Notes under the pieces: generated by a model | What the model was told of the DNA's origin: nothing | What the model saw: the letters and a program-made list of their open reading frames with translations, nothing else | Databases searched by the model: none | Shown: positions 58,789-64,000 of the stretch, one piece after another | How the letters are laid out: every line of letters starts with the position of its first letter | How positions within the stretch are numbered: the first letter of the stretch is position 1 | Origin: Leptospirillum sp. | GTDB taxonomy: Bacteria > Nitrospirota > Leptospirillia > Leptospirillales > Leptospirillaceae | Direction of reading: 5' to 3' | Assembly: GCA_027343785.1 (NCBI GenBank) | Contig: DAHWKF010000022.1 | Coordinates: 993-64,992 of the forward strand | DNA length: 64,000 nt | Translations under genes and position numbers: made by a program

Positions 58789-59988
58789 GTGACCAACCAG
58801 CAACGACCCTTTATTATTTTCCCCGGAAAAACAGTCCGGATCAGTGGGCGCCGGGTTCTGGCACCCATCCTCATCATGGTTTTTTTCCTGCTGGATGGAT
58901 GCCAGTCCCTTGCCCCCCCGCCGTCCATTCCGGACCAGCCGGCGATTGTCTACTACGTCTCCATGATGAGTGCTGACCGCTCCGGTGAGGGGGAACTCAA
59001 AATACGGAGATGTACCCCCCGATACATGGATGCCGATTTCAGATGGAAGGGTCGAAAATCCCGGGAGTTGTCTCTCCAGACCGCCTGGCCACCGGGTTTT
59101 GACCAGAACCGGGGAAGGACCCTTGTTCCTCTCTCTGCCCGTTATACCCAGTCGGAAAGCGATGGGGGAACACATAGCGTTCCCCTGAAAGGGTTCGTCC
59201 TGTTTCATGATCTGTCGACATGCCATTTCGAACGTGCTGTTTTTGCGGCGACTTCGGACAGTTCCGTGATTGAACCCAAACTCTTCATTCTCGACGTCAA
59301 GGGATTTGGGCGACAAACTCCCTGGGCCCCCCGGACCATCCTGTTTACAGGATACCGGACTCTTCTGAACGAATCTGTCTCGATCGCGGGTCCTGTACCC
59401 TTCATGAACAGGGAAAGGACGACGGAGGAGCCCGCCATCATGTTTAACGGGGTCATGCAGAAAAACCGCGCCCTGAGGGGGGTCAGCCCCCCTGATCTGA
59501 GAAATCGGCTTGTCATGGACCTCTGGATTCACGGGAAGCCTTTCCATCTTCATGCCGAAGGGGACGGGGAGAACGGAATTTTTGTTGTCCGGAGCAAAAA
59601 TGTCAGGGGTCTGGGCGTTTTGCTTCCCCGTGTTCACCCCCCTTATCATTATCCGGAAAAAAAGTACCGATTTGTCATTGGCGGTAGCCTTCTGGTGGAT
59701 GGACCCGTTGCCATGCAGGGCGTCATCGATTTTTCCCGTAAAACACGGGAGTATTCCATCAAGGCGCAGATGAACCAGGCGGGTTCGATCCTGGATCCGT
59801 TTCGCTATTTCGGACGTTATGAGACGGGTCCGGCGACGCGCTTCGGACTTCCGGGCGAGGTGGACATGGGTATGGAATTCAACCACCGTCCCATGACGCT
59901 GATCCTCTTGCCGGATCCCGACAACAAGACTTACTGGATCGGTTCTGTCGACCAGAACATCTTCGGTATCATGGAACCCTTTAACTGA
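58789..59988 (+). CDS. Hypothetical lipoprotein
   Basis: 399-aa ORF with LDGC lipobox. Confidence 0.6.
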   Translation: MTNQQRPFIIFPGKTVRISGRRVLAPILIMVFFLLDGCQSLAPPPSIPDQPAIVYYVSMMSADRSGEGELKIRRCTPRYMDADFRWKGRKSRELSLQTAWPPGFDQNRGRTLVPLSARYTQSESDGGTHSVPLKGFVLFHDLSTCHFERAVFAATSDSSVIEPKLFILDVKGFGRQTPWAPRTILFTGYRTLLNESVSIAGPVPFMNRERTTEEPAIMFNGVMQKNRALRGVSPPDLRNRLVMDLWIHGKPFHLHAEGDGENGIFVVRSKNVRGLGVLLPRVHPPYHYPEKKYRFVIGGSLLVDGPVAMQGVIDFSRKTREYSIKAQMNQAGSILDPFRYFGRYETGPATRFGLPGEVDMGMEFNHRPMTLILLPDPDNKTYWIGSVDQNIFGIMEPFN

Positions 59989-60004
59989 CAGGGAGAGACG
60001 CGGC

Positions 60005-60196
60005 ATGACGGACACAGAGCAGGACAAGGAGCCCGCCGGAAATCTTCCGGTGGACATGAGCCCGAAACGCTCGAGGGTCATGACAATCCTTTTCAGGATC
60101 TTCACGATCCTCGAATTCGGGTTCCTCGGATTCATCCTGTATGACCTGTTCAGGAGATATATCCTGACCGGAAATCTCGACTGGTGGAAAAAGTAA
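60005..60196 (+). CDS. Small single-TM hypothetical protein
   Basis: GGGAG RBS, one hydrophobic helix, operonic spacing. Confidence 0.55.
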   Translation: MTDTEQDKEPAGNLPVDMSPKRSRVMTILFRIFTILEFGFLGFILYDLFRRYILTGNLDWWKK

Positions 60197-60885
60197 AACC
60201 CGAGCCGGACAGCCTTGACCGGATTTCCCGGGAGATTGTTCCATGCCGGCGATGCGACCGGCTTGTCGCTTGGAGGGAGAAGGTTGCTCGTGAAAAGCGG
60301 GCCATGTTCCGGGACCAGGAGTACTGGGGGCGCCCCGTTCCCGGATTTGGCGACCCGGAAGCCGTCCTGTGGATCATCGGACTTGCTCCGGCGGCGCATG
60401 GTGGCAACAGGACAGGAAGGGTATTCACCGGGGACCGTTCGGGGGACTTTCTCTTCCGGTGTCTTTATGAAACGGGGTGGGCGCGGTATCCGTCCTCCTG
60501 GGGGATCAACGATGGCCAGAGGCTTGACGGAGCCTGGATATCTTCCGCCGTCCGGTGCGCTCCCCCGGAAAACAGGCCATCTCCGGAGGAGTTTGGAAAT
60601 TGCAGGCCTTTCTTATGGAGGGAATATCATCAACTCGCCCATCTCCGGGCCGTTCTGGTTTTCGGGAAGCTGGCGCTCGGGGAATGGTTTTCCCTCATGC
60701 GGGAGGAGGCGCCTGCCATATTCCGAAGAATACCCTCATTTGCCCATGGCATGAGATTCGCCTTCCCTCCTCCCCACCCCCTGCTGTTTGTTTCTTATCA
60801 TCCCAGCCAGCGGAACACCCAGACCGGATTGCTGACTGAGGCAATGCTCTGCGAACTTCTGGAGGCGATCCGCTCTTCTGTCTGA
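60184..60885 (+). CDS. Uracil-DNA glycosylase family 5 (UdgB)
   Basis: CRRC, GLAPAAHGGNRTGRVFTGD, YHPSQRNT. Confidence 0.93.
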   Translation: MEKVKPEPDSLDRISREIVPCRRCDRLVAWREKVAREKRAMFRDQEYWGRPVPGFGDPEAVLWIIGLAPAAHGGNRTGRVFTGDRSGDFLFRCLYETGWARYPSSWGINDGQRLDGAWISSAVRCAPPENRPSPEEFGNCRPFLWREYHQLAHLRAVLVFGKLALGEWFSLMREEAPAIFRRIPSFAHGMRFAFPPPHPLLFVSYHPSQRNTQTGLLTEAMLCELLEAIRSSV

Positions 60886-60906
60886 AAGAAAAAATTCCAT
60901 TGGATG

Positions 60907-61992
60907 TCAGAGATTCCTGCCGTTGCCGGGCATGTTTTCTGATCCGCTTTTGCCTCCGAAGAAAACAATCAGTTCCCACCGGTTTTTGAGTCTCAGTTTT
61001 TCGAAAATCGTATGGAGGTGATCCTTGACGGTCTGTTCGGTGATCCCCAGGGTTTCCGCGATTCTTCTGTTCGAATGTCCCTGCATGACTTTCAGCGCCA
61101 CCTCCTGCTGTTTCGGCGACAGGAGTTTCAGGGCTCCCTTCTTTCGAAAAACCGGAGAGGGTGAGAGCGGCTCCAGGAAGAGGACCCGGATAGACTCACT
61201 GGACCGCTTTCTCCGACAGTTCATGATCCCCTCCGGAAGAGGGTCGACAGCAAAGAGGGTCAGAGGAAAGGATTTCAGCCGGTAAGGGCCGTTCGGCGTC
61301 TGCAAGAAGGTCGCGTTCCGGTTGGCGAGCATTTCGTTCTGGATCTCTTGCTCCACCTTCTGAAAAACGAACTTGCCGATCTCGTTGGTGAAAAGGATCT
61401 GGCCTTGCCCGGAGACGATGACAACGCCATGATCCGACCCGGAAAAAAGATCCGGTTCCCCGGCCAATGTGGTGTTTCCGATGTACCGTCCGAGATAGGT
61501 GGCAATCACCTCGGCAATCGTGACCTCGTGATAAGAGTAATCGCCCAGTTCACGGGTCCGGTGGAGTGAGAGGAGGCCGAGAAAATCTCCTTGATGGAAG
61601 ACCTTGATCCGCATGCAATAGAGCAAGGGGATCTGTGACAAAAAATCTTTCGCGAATGAAGATTCGATGAGCTGGGGTTCCCTGACAAAGTCCGAAAGGA
61701 GGGCCACATTCGACTGGGTGTTGAGATACCAGCCCGTGGAGATGAACGGATCTTCGGAAGAGTAATGAAGAATATACTGAAGAAACAGTTGTTCATTGCA
61801 GTTAAAGGCCTGGTAGCCGGTTGCCTGGATCGTGCGGGTTGTTTTGTCGAACGGAATGAACCCGGCGGAGGAAAAACCCAATAAGGGCTGCAATTCGCGA
61901 CACAGGCGGAAGAACGCCGATCCCCCCTTCTCCCCCTCTCCGAGAACTTCGATAAAGTCGACAATGCGGGAAATTTCCTTTTGGGTCAGCAT
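60907..61992 (-). CDS. LuxR-type HTH regulator with N-terminal GAF-like sensor
   Basis: LSPKQQEV...GHSNRRIAETLGITEQTVKDHLHTIFEKL. Confidence 0.85.
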   Translation of the reverse strand: MLTQKEISRIVDFIEVLGEGEKGGSAFFRLCRELQPLLGFSSAGFIPFDKTTRTIQATGYQAFNCNEQLFLQYILHYSSEDPFISTGWYLNTQSNVALLSDFVREPQLIESSFAKDFLSQIPLLYCMRIKVFHQGDFLGLLSLHRTRELGDYSYHEVTIAEVIATYLGRYIGNTTLAGEPDLFSGSDHGVVIVSGQGQILFTNEIGKFVFQKVEQEIQNEMLANRNATFLQTPNGPYRLKSFPLTLFAVDPLPEGIMNCRRKRSSESIRVLFLEPLSPSPVFRKKGALKLLSPKQQEVALKVMQGHSNRRIAETLGITEQTVKDHLHTIFEKLRLKNRWELIVFFGGKSGSENMPGNGRNL

Positions 61993-62629
61993 GGGCTTTC
62001 CTGAATTTCCCCGAATTTCACGTAGATTCTCCGTCCCGGACTTCCCAGGCGTTTGTGACTGACGATATCCCCTGTCTAGGGGGCTCCCGCCATCCACGTT
62101 CCGGATGGCGTTGACGACCTTCCGGGACGGGTGGGGCATTTGGAAAACCGTTTGTTGACGGACGACCTGTTCCCGCGCGGGTTTTTCCAGACAGGACAAG
62201 GGCGGGTGTTCTTCCCTCCTGACATCCGTGTTCCGGAAAGCCTGCTTTAAAGGAAAGATGATGGACAGTCAGCGGAAATCCCGACCCTTCCATTCCGGAT
62301 ACGGGACATCCTCTGACTGGTTTGGACAAAATCGAGGACTAGCTCGTGAAGACGAACGGGTTTTTCATGACATACGCAATCCTCGGTGAATCCCGTGGCC
62401 ATTCCTCTGTTCGAGTCGGATCACTCCCTTTCGGGCACCGTGACGTCTCGATATGAAAACCCGTTGGATACTTAAAAGTACCCGAAAAATTCAAAAGCAC
62501 AATCCCCTACTTTCGATGGATGGACAGACCCACGGTGGGGGACTAATCTTCTTGCACCCACCGCGATTATCCATAACAGGAACAGATCAGGAGCTTCTCC
62601 TGGAAATTGTATGAAAGAAGGGGCTGAAG

Positions 62630-63214
62630 ATGAAGATCCGTGGATTCAAGAGCAAGTATTTTTCATCCGGCACGTGTTTGGGATCCTCTTTTTTCCGGGG
62701 ATTATTCTTTCTGGTGGGCGTTTTTCTGGTGGCCGGATGTGCTTCCGAGCCGTCGTACCATCAGGCGTTCGACTCTTCCCAGCAGATTCAGGGCAACTCT
62801 GAATCCATCGCCACCAATCCGGACAAGGCCTGGGTGGCGTCCTTGCAGGTGCTTTCGCAACAGGGGTTCATGGTTCGATCGGCCGACAGGAACAACGCCG
62901 TGATTCTGGCGGACCGGGAGATGGCCGACCAGCATGACAAGAACGTGTCCTACCAGATCACGTCGACCGTCACACTGGTTCCGCTCGGGCAAAACATCAC
63001 CCAGGTGAGTCTCGCGGCCAACCAGACGACAGAGTTTCACCGGAAGGAGTATGTCTGGTGGCATCTTTTATGGCTGATTCCGCTGTTTCCGGTGGGGTCC
63101 GAATACACGGCGGTCGTGACGCACAGGGGCACCGTCGAAAACCCCGAATTTTACGAAGGGTTCTTCAATAATCTGAAAAAGGCTGTTCAGACAAAGACGG
63201 CGCTCAAGAACTGA
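62630..63214 (+). CDS. Lipoprotein, DUF2242-like
   Basis: VAGC lipobox; VLSQQGF, FYEGFF. Confidence 0.65.
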   Translation: MKIRGFKSKYFSSGTCLGSSFFRGLFFLVGVFLVAGCASEPSYHQAFDSSQQIQGNSESIATNPDKAWVASLQVLSQQGFMVRSADRNNAVILADREMADQHDKNVSYQITSTVTLVPLGQNITQVSLAANQTTEFHRKEYVWWHLLWLIPLFPVGSEYTAVVTHRGTVENPEFYEGFFNNLKKAVQTKTALKN

Positions 63215-63325
63215 GAGACAGGTTCGGGGAATACAGAGGGCGAAGATGGATAAAACCTTCAAGGGTGTGGTGAAAAACAGGGATCCCACCGTTTTTTCGG
63301 AAAACGGGGATGAGTCTTAAGAAAA

Positions 63326-63347
63326 GGGCCGCTTGGCAGAGCGGCCC
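63326..63347. terminator. GC hairpin between lipoprotein genes
   Basis: GGGCCGCT-N6-AGCGGCCC; T-tail only on minus strand. Confidence 0.4.
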
Positions 63348-63379
63348 GGGACGATCATGAACCAAAAGGAGTTCCGGCT

Positions 63380-64000
63380 ATGAAACCCCAAATTTATTAT
63401 GGCATAAAAAATCGCCTCGATCAAAAGTTATGTTTCAGGAATCATCATTCGAACGTATTTGGAAAGATCACCGGTCTGGCTGGCCTCGCCCTGGTCATGC
63501 TCCTGATGGCCGCCTGCAGCGGCGGTGGGGGTGGTAGTGGGGGAAGCGGGGCGACAGGGGCGACGGTCAACGTCTCCGGGACGGTCCAGGGAGGGTTGGG
63601 TCCCATTTCCGGTTCGATTGTCACCCTCTGGGAGGCCGGTAGTCCCGGGAGCCAGGCACAACAGGTCAGTTCGTCCGTATCGACCGGATCTGACGGAAGT
63701 TATTCCCTGACATCATCGTTGCCTCTTCCCCCCTCCGCATTTTTGTATGTGGTCGCGTCGGGGGGCAACGCGGCGGGAACCAACAACCCCAGTATCATGC
63801 TGATGTCGACGATCGGGGCGGCAAACAGCGTCCCCGGTAAAGTCTTTGTGAACGAATATACGACAGCCTTGTCATCTTATCTTTTTCTGTCCTCCGCTCC
63901 GCAGTTCACCTCCAGCAATTTTCCTTCCATTACCGGCACGGACAGCAGTCTCCAGACCAACCAGTCCAGCATGACCAATTATGTGAACCTGCCAGCCGGG
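63380..64000 (+). CDS. Ser/Gly/Thr-rich surface lipoprotein, 3'-partial (absent from ORF track)
   Basis: AAGGAG RBS; manual translation ...LLMAAC-SGGGGGSGGSG...ISGSIVTLWEAG...LYVVASGGN, open to window end. Confidence 0.75.
   Translation, partial: MKPQIYYGIKNRLDQKLCFRNHHSNVFGKITGLAGLALVMLLMAACSGGGGGSGGSGATGATVNVSGTVQGGLGPISGSIVTLWEAGSPGSQAQQVSSSVSTGSDGSYSLTSSLPLPPSAFLYVVASGGNAAGTNNPSIMLMSTIGAANSVPGKVFVNEYTTALSSYLFLSSAPQFTSSNFPSITGTDSSLQTNQSSMTNYVNLPAG

Noticed and set aside
63525..63710. 61-aa ORF in the track
   Set aside because: Wrong frame; the lipoprotein frame from 63380 is open and better supported.

Overview
The gene content and protein sequences suggest an acidophilic Nitrospirota bacterium such as Leptospirillum (inference). 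Bases 1-9.9 kb are a toxin-antitoxin/IS island: a deleted AAA-DUF4143 ATPase, IS630, higBA, an Rpn remnant, phd-vapC, a vapC pseudogene, an IS1111-type IS110, IS1634 and a Fic gene. The rest is mostly core chromosome: thrS-infC-rpmI-rplT, a convergent archaeal-type pheST, peptide ABC ATPases, queD, a putative porin, YCF48, fur, an orphan higA, a six-gene hydrogenase-like (Ehr) operon lacking Ni ligands, the rplU-to-thiL housekeeping run with an embedded degenerate ATPase/nuclease-like pair, OmpA/Pal lipoproteins, rnr, udgB, and a LuxR regulator facing lipoprotein genes. The top finding is the IS1111 element. Its non-coding end contains a readable bridge/seek RNA whose two target guides match the element's own flanks. 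The reconstructed target appears to be the left terminal inverted repeat of the neighbouring IS1634, which would make it an RNA-guided recombinase programmed against another transposon's end.
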